From positions 144,708,001-144,772,000 of the forward strand of contig NC_042999.1 in the NCBI RefSeq assembly GCF_006345805.1: a stretch of 64,000 nucleotides of DNA, given 5' to 3'. Of the stretch, positions 37,269 to 51,455 are shown in pieces. The notes below the pieces were generated by a model. The model saw only the letters and a list, made by a program, of their open reading frames with translations, ran no database searches and had not been told where the DNA came from. Made by a program: the position numbers and the translations under genes. This DNA comes from Octopus sinensis. Taxonomy: Eukaryota. Positions within the stretch are counted from its first letter, which is position 1, and each line of letters starts with the position of its first letter.

Positions 37269-37337
37269 GATAATATGATATGAATTTCATATTTTAATGA
37301 AACAGACATTAAAATATGAAATTCATATCATATTATC
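37269..37337. repeat. Perfect 31-bp inverted repeat with a 7-nt loop
   Basis: gataatatgatatgaatttcatattttaatg-aaacaga-cattaaaatatgaaattcatatcatattatc. Confidence 0.95.
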
Positions 37338-40300
37338 GGACACGTCTCCGAAATGGTCTGTCGATGAAACATTATCTTCGTGTATTAGTATATCCTGTTA
37401 TGTTGTATAATCTCAAATTTTCTGCTGGACTCTGTGTTGTTACTTGTGAATCTTTATTACCTTGTATCTTATCGTGTGAATTATTAATTCAATAAATCTT
37501 ATATTATGTTGATGTTTTATATTTTGCCTGTGTGCTTATATATATGAGCATTTTTGAATATTTTTAAATACCTACGAGTTTTTATATCATATATCGACGT
37601 TTTTTATCTATTTATGTATTTTATGGCACTTGTGCGGGTGGCACGTAAAAAGCACCCACTACACTCACGGAGTGGTTGGCGTTAGGAAGGGCATCCAGCC
37701 GTAGAAACACTGCCAGATTTGACTGGGCCTGATGAAGCCTTCTGGCTTCACAGACCCCAGTAGAACTGTCCAACCCATGCTAGCATGGAAAGCGGACGCT
37801 AAACGATGATGATGATGATGATGATATTTATGCCAACGTATTTTTAATATTTTTAAATATTAAATTTTTATATGTTTATATACTTGTATGTTTTGATACT
37901 GTATTATCTGGAACTTTATATTGATTGATTAATGTCCATTGAAAGTAGACATATATATTGAACATTCTATTGTGTAATAGGTCATGTTTCTCTAGTTTTC
38001 TGCTGATATTGCCTCCATTGAAATTATAAATTGGAACTTAGCTCAATTAGAGCACTTTAATTCTAGCCTGTTTCTGAGCATTGTTAAAATTAACATAAAA
38101 TTGTAAAATTTATATATATATATATATATATGTATATATAAAATTCATATCTGGACTTTAGACTACTTACCTGATAGAGAAACTGATTGTTTTGCTTGAA
38201 AGCTATGTTGGATTTGTCTTGAGGATAAAGAAAAAAGGCAAACAGAAGAGCTGTTACTGTTCAGGCTTAGATTACCTCTGGCCGAGCAAACCTATGATCG
38301 ATCAGAAGCGTGCCATCTGTGACAAGTAAGCTATTGATTGTATTACAACCAGCAGTGGTGGTTATCTTTATTTCTTGGTGTTGTAACTTCGTTGTGGTTT
38401 TGGAGATGTTGTTGAGGTGTGTGAACAGGAGGGTTGCAATGATTGGGAAATATATTTCCAGAGTATTAACATTCTGCATTGTCATTTTCAACATCTCTTG
38501 AAAAACTGTTTATGGCAGTGTGTATTGAGTCTTCCAAGGGCCAAAGTTAAGGGTTGCTGACATTGTGAATTACAATCCCAATTGTACCTGCAATCAGTTT
38601 CACTTAATCAGTTTACTCACTTGAGTAATGTTGGCTTTGAGAGCTGCAGCATCTACCTGACATCTTCCATTAGAAGCATTGCACAACGAAGAAGAGACTG
38701 CTTCCACTGGAGTTGTACTTGGTAGAGACATATCTTTTTTGGTAAGGTAGTTTAGGAAAAGTGAACTCCATTCTTACTGTCTAGTCTGTCATTTGTTGAG
38801 ACAGTAGAGTGTGAGTTGAAGGAGATTTGGTGGTTATTTCTAGCAAGTTGAGGGACCACTTTTTGCAGTGGTAAACTCTATTTTCTAATATCTGTAGCTT
38901 TAAGATCTTGTGAGTTCAAATCTACCATTGACATTTTGATGAATATTTGAGTAAAGTACTCAAATTTGCGTCGTCTCAGTTTACCTAAATGTCAAGTGCA
39001 AAAAGATACCAACTCATGAGTGGGATTCATGCATTCTATTCAAGTGTATGTTTGCCTCTCATCCACATGAACCTGAGGCTCAGCACTTTCTTCTGATATT
39101 TGCTAAAAGCTTAAAATATATTTACTTTTTTTTTCTTTTATAATATAAATAGGTTTACAGAACATGGGTAGCTGAATGGGTATTGTATTGGAAAAGCAGC
39201 TAAGAGGTTAATAGTCTGAATCTTGGTACAGTTCACCTAGCTATGGATATGTACTACATTGTAGAAACAACTTCCCATTGATTACAGCATCAGCACCGTA
39301 AAAGTGGTGTGTATTTTAATTTGCTGTACTGAGTTCAATTTCTTTACTGACAATATCTTGGTGATGAATGACTTGCCAAAGGTACACTGCACAAAGGAAA
39401 CTCTTAAATGTTATCCCTGATGACAAAAAGTCACCTCAATGATGGCAACATCACTTCCACCACCATTTATAATTATGTAGAGAAGACCATTAATAGTTAT
39501 TTGACTTTTGCCAAAATGATATCAATACAAAATACATGATATCAATAGTTCAGTAGTAGATTCATTAGCAGATTTAAATTTTTTTTCTGAAAAACTAAAT
39601 ATTTTCAATATTCTTGCATTAATACTCAGTGTATGTTTAGTCAATCATAACAATGTAGGTAAAACCAAATAACCTACTTACTGAATTATTTGTTTGCTAG
39701 GTTTTATTATTGATCAAAATAAAGGATGTTTCAGATGGATTCCCATAACTATTATTGATTGCTTTCCTTCAAATATGTTTTAAGCAGCAATAACTTGCAT
39801 GTAGATGACTATCATTTACTCTCCTTTACATCTCTCTTTCTCTCTCTCAGACATGCACACACATACACCCATCCACTTTTGTTACTATTTATTCTGTGAC
39901 CCTCTGGCTCTCTTCCCACCCAGTTGTGTAGGAGAGAAAAAAAAAAAAAATGAATGAGGACAATGCAGAGAAGAGGGTACTTGCTTTAGTTTTGCAGGAG
40001 GTTCAACAGCTTTTCTGGTGCTGACAAATAAATAGTGACAATGTAGAGAAGGGAAAATGGCTTTATCTTGCCAGATACAAATCAATCTCCTGTACTGGTG
40101 TCATGGAAAAGTATGGCCAATGCAGACTGCAAAGAGGTTGGTGAATGACTAGAGAGAATGTAGGCTTTAGTATTGCTGGGGACGAGACAACTTTCCAATG
40201 CTGGTGCCATGAAAAAAAATGCATCCAGTATTTTCAGTAAAGGGTTGGCAATACAAAGGACATCATGCCAGAAAACGAAATGTATTTCCCCACCACTGCC

Positions 40301-42399
40301 CCCATGATCAGCTAGTGGTCCAGTAACTTCAAACAAGAACTGACTTGAACTGAAGCATGGAGTTTATCTTACGACTTGAATGCCACACCACTACAGAATA
40401 TCACAGTGGCATGAAACTTGAAATAAGAAACAAACTTTCAGTTTCAATAAAAGAAGAAACTGTGTGGGTGTATATCATCATCATTATCATTTAACATTCA
40501 TTTTCCACTTTGGCATTGTTTGGAAGGTTTGACAGGATCTGGCAAGTCACAGAGTTGTGCTGAGTTCCAGTGTCAAAATTGGTATGATTTCTACAGTTTA
40601 TGCCTTTTCTAATGCCAACCACTTTACAGTGTATACTAGATACTTTTTTCATGCCACTGGCACAAGTGAGATTGTCCTGGATTAATATTTGAACCATTAA
40701 GGCCAACAGCAAATGTGGCTAACAAGGACAATCCTCACATAGAACATGCGATTGATTTAGCCACATGTAAATGTCGGAGTCAGTCATGGTTTCTGCTGTC
40801 TGGCCTTCCATTGCCATTGTCTCTCCTCTTTTTTCATTCTTTCAAACAATATAATGGCTCCCTCTTTAGTTCACAGCAGACATAATTATAAAATTGATAG
40901 GTGGCTTGAGAGAGAAAATTGTGTTTTTGAGCTAGTGATTGTGGCATGTGGCTGAGTGAATCCTTGCAAATCAATTTTTTAACATCTTTGAATGTGGTCT
41001 GTGTTTCAACAAGAGGAATAGGATCAAGTTATCTGTAAACTATTATCTAACCTATGTTTGTATGGAAATAAAGATGTTCAATTAGTGGTGATGGTGGTGA
41101 TGGGGTCTAGTATATTAGACATGACAAGTTGGTAGCTTTCAGTTTTAATTCTGCTTTGTTATAACAGCTGTGAGAACTTGCATTGATTGTATTTTTTTTT
41201 CTTTGTGTAATTGATTTATTTGTTCTAGTAATAAGTTTGATGGTCTGGTCAGAATAAGTTGTGCATGCATTTAAGGACTTATCTTTTTTTAATACAAACT
41301 GTCTTCTGAATCTAGCCTCTAATGTTGACTAGCCTGTCTTTCAAACAACAATCTATTGTAACATCTGTTTATCCATTATTCTTTAGTCAAGAGTTCTTCC
41401 TTCTTTTTTCTTTCATTATGTTGTATCTCACTTGGTGACTGACATTAATATCCACATCCATTTCAGGCCATTACTAAGGATTCAGGAGAGACAGTAAATT
41501 GTTCAGTTTGAATAAGAAAAGGATTTGTCAAAAATGTTAAACAAGCAAAATTGTGATTTTACATTTTTTACTTTTGTTTTCTAAGTCCAAATTTCACCAC
41601 AGTAAATGTTAACTTTTATCACCCTGAGATCACTAAAATATTTAGCAGTAATGCATATCATCATCATATAACATCTGATTTCCTTTCTAGCATGGGTCAA
41701 ACAGTTTGACAAGTACAGATGAGCCAGATGACTGTGCCATGCTCTATTGTCTGTTTTTTCAAATTTTCTATGGCTGGGTGCCCTTCTTGATGGCAGTCAT
41801 TTTACAGAGTATATGTTTTTTTTTCTTTTGTACCAGCACTAGCAGGGTCACCAAGCAACTTGCAAGATAGAGTTCCCTTGAATGATGGGAGTAGTATTGA
41901 GGAAGGTAGCTTTTTGCCAGTTGATATGAGGTTAAAAGAATAATAGAGAGATAGAGATAGGTGTTGTACTATAGAAGAGATACAAAGATACCCCAGTTGG
42001 AGAAGGAGGGAGAGAGAAAATAGGGATGGAAAGTAAGAAAGATGGTGGTGGGTATGTGTCAGGACATATCCTCAAGGTACTGTGGAGTGGGGTGAATATA
42101 GGTGAAGTGATACAGAAGATTGGTCTTGGTCAGTGGGCTGGGGTACAAAGGAAAATTCCATAAGAATGTGAGGAGCAATGGTTAGATGCGATAGAGATGA
42201 TTATAGAAATTGATAGTGAGAGATATAGGAGTGGCTCAGGTATGTTAAATATATGAGGGAATTGGGAGTGACAGCAGATAAAAGAGGTGTTAAGGATGGA
42301 GTATAGCAGAGGGGAGAGAGTATGGCTTGAGAAAAGTAAAAGAAGAGAGGAGATGTATGTAGTATGTTCTTATTCCACTCTTAGGTGATTATGGTAGTC

Positions 42400-42920
42400 A
42401 AATAATACCAGAAATAGAGAAGTGATGAGTGTTAGGGAATGAGATGTAGGGAAAAAGCTTGATTGGGGGAGTGAGAATGAAGAAGTGAAGAGCTCTACAC
42501 ATGTAGACATTTATCAAGGTGGTTTTTGGATATCGATTCTGTTGTGGTAGATGAGTCTTCTCAGGTACAGCAAGGTGCCAGATATCTTGGTCCTTTGTCA
42601 TCTCTTCTACAAGGCTCAGCATCTTGAGATCAGCTTTCAATACTTCATCCCATATTTTCCTTGGTCTCCCTCTTCCACCAGTCCCATCCATTTTAAGTGA
42701 TTGCCATTTTTTAATGCAACTATCCTTATCCATATGCATCACATGACCAAACCAAGTTTTCTCTCTTGCACTCTGCATTCAATTCCTTTTATGCCTAACT
42801 TTTCTCTCAATACACTAACACTCTGTTTTGTTGCTAAAAGCTCTGAATTTTGTACACAAGCATCATACAATCTTCCTTAACTCAGAGAGATGTTTTGTTG
42901 CTAAAAGCTCTGAATTTTCT
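42400..42920 (-). mobile_element. RTE LINE 3' fragment
   Basis: ORF 42398-42778 reads WFGHVMHMDKDSCIKK..GGRGRPRKIWDEVL. Confidence 0.8.
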
Positions 42921-45593
42921 CCACCCTATTCTTATCATTCTTATACTGTGGTTATACTTCTTTGTAGCAACTGGACTTGTGTGTTTTCAAGCAGAGGAAC
43001 AGAACCACACTTGATTTTAGTATTATTAAACCAAGCAAGATATACTTTTCCCCAGCATGTTGGACATCCCATCTTTGTTCAATGTCTGTCGTGACGTTAA
43101 AATGATACTGTAAATTTTTGACCTCTCCAAATTGTCACTTTCATTTAAAGTTCAGTGAGTTTGGGGAAATAAGGTTCATGTTGATCTGCTAAAGACTCTT
43201 CCTTACCACAGTCTTATATCATTCTGAGTTTATTCACTAAAATTCTTTATTCCCTCTAGTCATTTTAAGATTCAGATATCAATGTTAGACTATGCTTCAC
43301 TAATGAGGTTTAATAATATCAAAACCTGTTTGGAGTTATACTGCCAAAAATTTTATTTGTTCTAGTTTTAGACAATTTAAATTCCAAGTTTGTCTTCCTT
43401 GCCTTTCTCAATCATGATTAGTCTTTAGTAAGATGTGGATTTATCATATAGCAGTCAAGTTCAGCAATAATTATAAAGCTAATATGATACTTTTAGTGTA
43501 TATTAATCAGCAAAACAATATTTACTATATTGATCAGGTAGTAAACTATCAACCTCATAATACGAACCAACATCAAACATAGTAAAGTGTTCTAACAGCA
43601 AGGTATGATTTCCTTTTTCTAGTAGTTTAATGGGAGTTTTCTTTTTCCTTTCATAAGAGAAAAAAGAATAAAGGATATTTTTCATTGTGTCAATACATCT
43701 TTTTATGTTTAATATGATTCATGTGAACCTATGTTTCTTACTGAATACTTGGGTATTTAGCTATTCTTATTGATGAAAAAATTTGCTTTGGCTGGATTCA
43801 CTTGAATCATAAATTTTTTTTTTATTGTTCTCCAAATATTCTTCATGTAAAAGTAGTTTTCATATTTTTACCCTACTTTTATTTTCAACATAAATGATTT
43901 AATAATAATGTTTTTATGTACAGTACCTAATTTTAGCCACAAAATAAGAAAATTAAGGGCATAGTTTTATTTTTTTGTTCTCATTTAACTCTTATGAATA
44001 TACTCTTCAAAGACCTTAGTAAATAAGATTTTCTGACAGTTCATGAATAAATTTTACAAGTGCTTTCAAAATTTAAAAGCTATCATTGGCTATTTTAGGA
44101 AGATAGTAGTATGGAATATATTCATATAATATGGTATAAATTGAAATTTAGGCAAGTTTTATTCTTTGTTGCCTTATATTCCACATGATCTTCAGTGTTT
44201 TACATGTTTTGCTCTAGTATTAATATTAGTAGTGGTTATGATGGTGGTGGTGGCTGTTGTTAAATTCTGTGCTGATTTTTGAGATTGATACATGATAAAA
44301 TGATTAGGGTATTTTGTAACTGGGTTGCAAGTGGGTAACTTTTCATCCTGTCAGTACTGCATTTATGGAAAAGATATTTAGCTTTTAATGGCTAGGATTT
44401 CCTGGCTACATGCATAACATGTAGAGACAAAGTTCTGTAATCAATGAGGACACTCTAAAAATGATAATTGTTTCCTTAGCTTGTAGTCTTCAGCTCAAAT
44501 ATTTTCATTTGTTTGCGAGATGGCAACAAGAAACCTTTACAGTGAATTACTTCTTGAACCTCAAAATGTAAAGACATATTCATATAGGTGCAGATTTGGT
44601 TGTGTTAAGAAGCTTGCTTCTTTGTCAAGTGTATACTACTATAGCCCCAGGTCCAACTAAATTCTTGTAAGTGAATTTGGTAGATGGAAACTGAAAAAAA
44701 GACTGTGTGTGTGTGCACACACACACACATACAAACATATCCGAAAAATAAACTTTGAACAAATCTATTTTTTCTTATTTTTTTCTTTTATGTGTTTCAG
44801 ATCATGACCAGTTTTTTCATTCCTCTACGACCATTTTATTTTGTGTTTGTTTTCATGCTGCTATTGTATTTACTACTGTAAAGAATTTTTTTATATGCTT
44901 CCACAACCAAATCTTTCTTGCCAACTTCACATTTCTAATCAAACTTATTTAGCAAATATATCTACTTTTTTTTTCTCAACAAGTTACAATCTTAAATAGG
45001 AACACGGCTTAAAGATCAACAAATTATTTCAATTTGTTGATACTAGCATCATTCGTTACACATTTCCAATGGGACAACCACAAATTCATTGCATCTTTGA
45101 TGACATGTCTATAACCCAGTGCAAGGAATTTTATAAAGCACAGTTTCTTGTTTTCTTGCTGACATTTATATCTTAATGTCAATATAAATCAAACGTGCAT
45201 GCATACATACACAAACACATATATTTATATACATATACACAACAGGCTTTCATATCATTGCCTCTACCAAATTCTGTTTACAAGGTATTGATCAACTTTT
45301 GACAGTAGTGACAGATACTTGCCCAAAATGGCATGCAGTGGTATCGAATCTTGAACCACATGGTTGTGAAGCAAACACCTTAAACATTCAGCTCTGCTTG
45401 CAAATTTTGATTACATTTATAGTTTCAATAACAATATAACAATTTCAGAATGATGATACTTGATCCTTCCTTTCTTAGGAAGAGTGTTGCTCATCAATTC
45501 CAAAATAAGTTCTAATATTTGACTTGTAGGAAAGAATCTTCACCAACTTGATATTGACTGCATAATTGTTAAAAATTTAATTTTTTATTCCAG

Positions 45594-45711
45594 GTATTTT
45601 GGTGACATCTACAAAAACCTCAAGTAATACATATGCCTACAACACAATTACTGTAGTGCTGTTTACAGAATTTCTGAAACTTTTGGCAGCAATGCTTATA
45701 TATTTAAAAAA
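45594..45711 (+). CDS. senju: senju-like transporter, coding exon 2
   Basis: Acceptor ttttattccag|, donor |gtaagc, 118 nt, phase 1 to 2. Reads GILVTSTKTSSNTYAYNTITVVLFTEFLKLLAAMLIYLK, containing the SLC35A 'VVxxTExxKL' motif. Confidence 0.93.
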
Positions 45712-46329
45712 GTAAGCCATCTTTAATTTTCATATAACCTGTGTCCTACAATGTATATTATCCTCTTTACTTGAAACTAAAATTGTTTTTCTTTTTCCTT
45801 TTCCTTATATCATCATCAGCATTTTTATATCTGCTTTTTCATATTAGCATGGGTTCATAAGGTTATTATGAACTGAGTCATGTAGTTTGGGCCTTATGTC
45901 TTCTATTATAGCCATGGGTTGACCAAAGCCTTGTGAGTGTATTTAGTAGGCAGAAAAATGAAATAAAACCATTGTGTGTGTGTGTGCACACGCATGTGTA
46001 TGAGTTCACCTTTCCCTTGATTTTGCTAGTTTGCAAGGAATAGCTACCTGACATTGTTTGTTTGCAGTCCACCACAAAAGCATATCTGGGCCTGTTCCTT
46101 GTTCAATAGACTGGGAATTTACTAATTTACTTGAAAACAAGTGGGAGTTGGCAACATGATAGGTGTCTTATCATAGAAAATTCTTCTACAACACATTTTT
46201 TTCTGACACATTTTTTCCATGCAAGCATGGAAAAATAAATGATAAAATGATGATGGTCTGTGTGTGTGTGTGTGTGTGTGTGCACGTATGTGTATACACA
46301 CACACACACACAAATCATCATTTTCACAT

Positions 46330-46712
46330 TTATATATTACTTTTTTACTTGTTTCGGTTATTTGACTGTGACCATGCTGCAGCACTGCCTTTGGTCGAGC
46401 AAATTGACCCCAGGACTTATTCTTTGTAAGCCTAGTACTTATTCTATCAGTCTCTTTTGCTGAACCACTAAGTTACGGGGACGTAAACACACTAGCATTG
46501 GTTGTCAAGCGAGGTTGAGGGAACAAACACACACACACACACACACATACATATATACGACGGGCTTCTTTCAGTTTCCATTTACCAAATCCACTCACAA
46601 GGCTTTGGTTGGCCAGAGGCTATAGTAGAAGACACTTGCCCAAGGTGCCACGCTGTGGGACTGAACCCGGAACCATGTGGTTCATAAGCAAACTACTTAC
46701 CACACAGCCACT
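46330..46712 (-). mobile_element. tRNA-derived SINE family A, representative full copy
   Basis: Head tggctgtgtggtaag..gggttcagtcccac..ggcaccttgggcaagtgtcttc, an internal (CA)n, and tail ..cagtcaaat.actgaaacaagtaaa. Other copies lie at about 6330-6715(-), 9050-9390(-), 10345-10715(+), 24300-24470(-), 27820-27970(+), 49985-50290(+) and 51000-51255(-). Confidence 0.85.
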
Positions 46713-47157
46713 CTCTCTCTCTCTCTCTATATATATATTTTTATTCTAATATAATTCGTTTGTTATAGACTTCCCTTAACACATGTACTATGACATGCAG
46801 TAACTGTCAGGAGTTATCTGAGGCATACCTACACATGTGCCCAAGGAATTTCTTTCCTCAAACTTTTCAAAAACAAATATATTTTAATGAAATTCTCTAC
46901 AAATACACTTGAGATGGTATAGATTTGATGTAGATTCGGATTATATTGCTATTTATTGTGGTTATGGATTTCTTGAAGAAGAATGTAACGAGTGTCCGTA
47001 TGTCTGTGTGCTATACCACCAGTTTTTATTTGCATATTAAATTCTGATATAGTTGTAATCTACATACTCTGAAATGTATTTATCAACATCTTAATTTTAA
47101 AATATCTACTTTTCCGAAAGTAACTAACTATATATGTATATATATATGTATATATAC

Positions 47158-47189
<32 letters not shown>

Positions 47190-48318
47190 ATGTATTAAAA
47201 ACATTTACCATCTCAACTATTTTCAGCAAAAAAATACTTGCTGAAGGCCAGTTTTCATCAATATTTTTTTGCTGGAAATAGTTAGAAACCGTCGGTCTGG
47301 GAAATAGTTGAGATGGTAAACGTTTTTAATTTTCATTCCTTTCGAGAATTTAACCTTTTTTTGTGAAAAACTGCGGTGCATCAGCATGGCCGCAGCTCAT
47401 GAGCTGAAACTAGATGAAAGGGAAAAAAATGAAAATATATATATATATATATATACACACATTTTCTTTTTTTTCTTATTCTGTAGTTTCAGCTCAGAGC
47501 TGCGGCCATGCTGATGCACCGCAGTTTTGCTTCACTGTTATTACTGAGATCCTCCTCCAATATGTGGCACTTGGTGAAGAGTGGAGTTTGATGTAGCTAC
47601 CCTCATTTGCACCTCTTGCTGTGAGGTAGGTTCATCTGGTACTCTCGACAGGAAGAGGTCCAGCTTTGATTTAAAAACACATATATCTACATTGTACGGA
47701 TTCCTCAGGCTCTTTGGTAGAATATTAAAAAGCTGTGGGCCCTTGAAACGACTGGCTGAATGTGATTGGGAAGCAAGCTTATAGGCACAGGCATGGCTGT
47801 GTAGTATGTAGGAAAAAAATAATCAAAGAATTTAAGAATAAAAGAAGCACATATAGAAAGTCAGTGGAGGCTACAGATTAACTGTAAAATATTTGTTGCA
47901 CGTGTCAGTAGTGAAAGTAAAGTATTTTTTAAGAAAAAGATTATTGGAAAATCGTATATTAGACTGTAGGAAAGAGTATGCATGTATATACATTTATATA
48001 AATTAATAAGAACAGAGATTTATATATCCAGTTTTATTCTGCTGTTAATCACATCTTTCCATTTCTGTACCTACATATGTTTTTGCTGCAATTTATGTAC
48101 TTTGCAAAATTTTGCATTTTGGTATTAATTACCACTTGTTCAGGGTGCTATTAACAGCGTTTCAGATCCTATCTGGATAGTAGAATAAACTAACTGGAGT
48201 TTTTCTACACTCACAAAGGTTAGCCAGCATTAACCAGTAAAAGTGAATATGGTACCTGCTAATCCCTACCAACCTAATTTGGAAATTTACCATATATATA
48301 TATATATATGTATATATA

Positions 48319-48670
48319 CTAGCAGCTAAGCCTGGTTTCACCCGGTCGGTTTGGGTGATGTGGCTGTAAAACCTGCTCTGTGTAAGCATTTGACTTGTTT
48401 GGGCATACTTATGTTAAAAAACAATTGTAAAATGACTTTTTTTTTGTCAAAACGCCAACCAAGTATGACATCACCCCTTCCTTTCTCATTCATAAACATA
48501 AGAGTGTTATTATAGTTGATTATCTCGGTGACTATGGGAGCTATGAAAAAAATACAAAGCCCAGCATCACCACCGGATCATTCTACACATCCGTAATTTT
48601 TCACGCAATTCCATCCAGCCATTTGACCATGAATCCTAAGACAAGAAAAAATCACCCATGTCAAATTTAA
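48319..48670 (-). mobile_element. Non-autonomous Helitron-like element
   Basis: The - strand 3' end is ccgggtgaaaccagg..gctgCTAG|T. The 5' boundary is approximate. Confidence 0.6.
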
Positions 48671-48688
48671 ATGTGTGTGTGTGTGTAT

Positions 48689-48997
48689 ATCACGTGATCA
48701 CGTGACTGACTAGATCATCAGATGTTGCTACACATCGCTGGTCACAATGCGTTCGCATTGTTTTAGCCTTCGAATGATGCCACCCTGCTGGCTAAGCGAG
48801 CAGGCCAACATAAGAAAGAATGAGAGAAAGTTGCGGCGAAAGAGTACAGCAGGGGTCACCACCACCCTCTGCCGGAGCCTCGGGGATCTTTTAGGTGTTT
48901 TCGCTTGATAAACACACACAACGCCTGGTCTGGGAATTGAAACCGCGATCCTACGACCGCGAGTCCACTGCCCTAGCCACTGGGCCATTGCACCTCC
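48689..48997 (-). mobile_element. tRNA-derived SINE, full length (family D)
   Basis: A-box TGGCCCAGTGG (48988-48978), B-box GTTTCAATTCC (48943-48933), CpG-rich body and an (ATCACGTG)2 tail. An older copy lies at about 36900-37190 (+). Confidence 0.85.
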
Positions 48998-49420
<423 letters not shown>

Positions 49421-49653
49421 TTTATTTAAATATTGATCTTATCAAGTGGCCAGCATGGGAATAAAAACCTTCAAAGGTAATAATTATTATTAAAATTATA
49501 ATTTAGGATGTCTAAGAGATACCACCACGCTGGAAATACCAGCCAAATCTTGACTCTAAAACCACAATTAAATGTTCATACAGCACCAGGAGAGATGACA
49601 AAATAGACTAGCGAAAAATTGCTGAATAATTCCAGATCCCGGATTTCTGGCTT

Positions 49654-49693
<40 letters not shown>

Positions 49694-49735
49694 CATACAT
49701 GTGTGTGCGTGTATGTATGAATGAATGTATCCGTA

Positions 49736-49967
49736 CAGTGGGGTGCAAAAGTAGGTATACAGTTATGAATAACATGCACAATCCTCATTTGTTTCTATCA
49801 AAAAAATTATAAGTTATGATAAAAATATTATTATAGTTATGATAAATGTTTTATTATGATTAATGATACTGAAAATATCAAAATTGAGGCTAACTAATTT
49901 AATTTGCTAATAATTTTAACATTGATGCAATACTTACTGTATACCTACTTTTGTACACACACCCATG
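49736..49967. mobile_element. Tc1-type MITE
   Basis: Perfect 18-bp inverted core CAAAAGTAGGTATACAGT (49746-49763 and 49936-49953), a TA-CAGTG left end and an AT-rich interior. Confidence 0.8.
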
Positions 49968-50290
49968 TATGTGTGTGTGTATCTGAGGTGCAGGAGTGAC
50001 TGTGTGGTAAGTAGCTTGCTTACCAACCACCTGGTTCCGGGTTCAGTCCTACTGCGTGGCACCTTGGGAAAGTGTCTTCTACTATAGCCTCAGGATGACC
50101 AAAGCCTTGTGAGTGGATTTGGTAGATGGAAACTGAAAGAAGCCCGTCATATATGTGTGTGTGTGTGTGAGTGTGTGTTCGTATGTTAATAAGTACTAGG
50201 CTTGCAAAGAATAAGTACTGGGGTCGATTTGCTTGACTAAAGGTGGTTCTCCAGCATGGCCACAGTCAAATGACTGAAACAAGTTAAAGA

Positions 50291-50344
<54 letters not shown>

Positions 50345-50347
<3 letters not shown>

Positions 50348-50635
50348 ACTCGTGGCCGATGCCAGCACCGCCTCGACTGGCTTCCGTGCCGGTGGCACAT
50401 AAAATACACCAATCTGACCGTGGCCGTTGCCAGCCCCGCCTGGCACCTGTGCAGGTGGCACGTAAAAAGCACCCACTACACTCACGGAGTGGTTGGCGTT
50501 AGGAAGGGCATCCAGCTGTAGAAACATTGCCAAATTAGACTGGAGCCTGGTGCAGCCTTCTGGCTTCCCAGAACCCTGGTCGAACCGTCCAACCCATGCT
50601 AGCATGGAGAACGGACGTTAAACGACGATGATGAT
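50345..50635 (+). mobile_element. SINE family B (RTE-like tail ending in (GAT)n), representative copy
   Basis: ggcacgtaaaaagcacccactacactc..ggttggcgttaggaagggcatccagctgtagaaac..ccaacccatgctagcatgga..gatgatg. Other copies lie at about 10100-10320, 12770-12920, 14940-15480, 20640-20810, 25000-25320, 37625-37825, 55330-55430 and 58620-58950 (+), and at 12927-13130, 28190-28420, 40485-40660, 41660-41840, 54510-54680 and 61960-62600 (-). Confidence 0.85.
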
Positions 50636-51455
50636 ATATATTAAAAGCAAGTTGAGTCAACTCTATGACTTTTGAGGGTATGTGGGACATGTTCAACTTG
50701 TCAGAAAGCACAAGAGTGAGATATTTGGAGAAACTCAAGATGACCTGATCCGACTAGTAGAGATTAAATATTCAGCAGGCATCTTGAATTAGTCTCAAAT
50801 CTCTCACACTTCAGACTTCTGATGAGATGGATATGTTCTGTGGACCCATGAAACTTTGTCATGTGGAGCTGAGTTAAACTGTTATGAATAAATTTATGTA
50901 ACTCCTACCAAGGATGTTGAGTGTTACTTTCTTATATTTGTCTATTCACTTGTATGTGTGTAATATATATATATATTATCTTTTAGTTGTTCCATTGATT
51001 GAACCCAGTATTTATTATTAAGTCAGGCTGTAATTCTATTGGTATCTTTTGTGAAACTGCTAAGTTATGGGGACATAAACAAATGAACACCAGCTGTCTC
51101 ACACACACACGAGGCTTCTTTCCATTTCCATCTACCAAATCCACTCACAAGGCTTTGGTCAGCATGGGGCTATAGTAGAAGACGCTCACCCAATGGGACT
51201 GAATCCAGAACTATGTTGTTGGGAAGCACACTTGTTTTTACCACACTGCCATGCCTGTGCTTATATCAAGGTTGGTAACAAGTTGGTAATAGAAAAAGCA
51301 TTTGGCTGTAGAAAATTCTGCCATCACATACCCATCTAAATATAGAAGAGTATGCATTAAAATGATGATGATATATATATATATCATTTTAAGGTGGTGC
51401 TCCAGCATAGCCGCAATAAAAATGACTGAAACAAGTAAAAGAATACATATATGTA

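Noticed and set aside
37728-37750. CTGATGA followed by the hairpin TGAAGCC-TTCT-GGCTTCA in SINE tails (also about 55337)
   Set aside because: No GAAA follows the stem, so it is not a hammerhead. It is an ordinary SINE tail stem-loop.
43503-43685. 60-aa minus-strand ORF (KKKTPIKLLEKGNHTLLLEHF..)
   Set aside because: It has no recognisable motif, no convincing donor or partner exon, and a length compatible with chance.
48926-48997. Functional tRNA gene
   Set aside because: The tRNA-like head runs directly into a SINE body, and no complete acceptor stem is evident.
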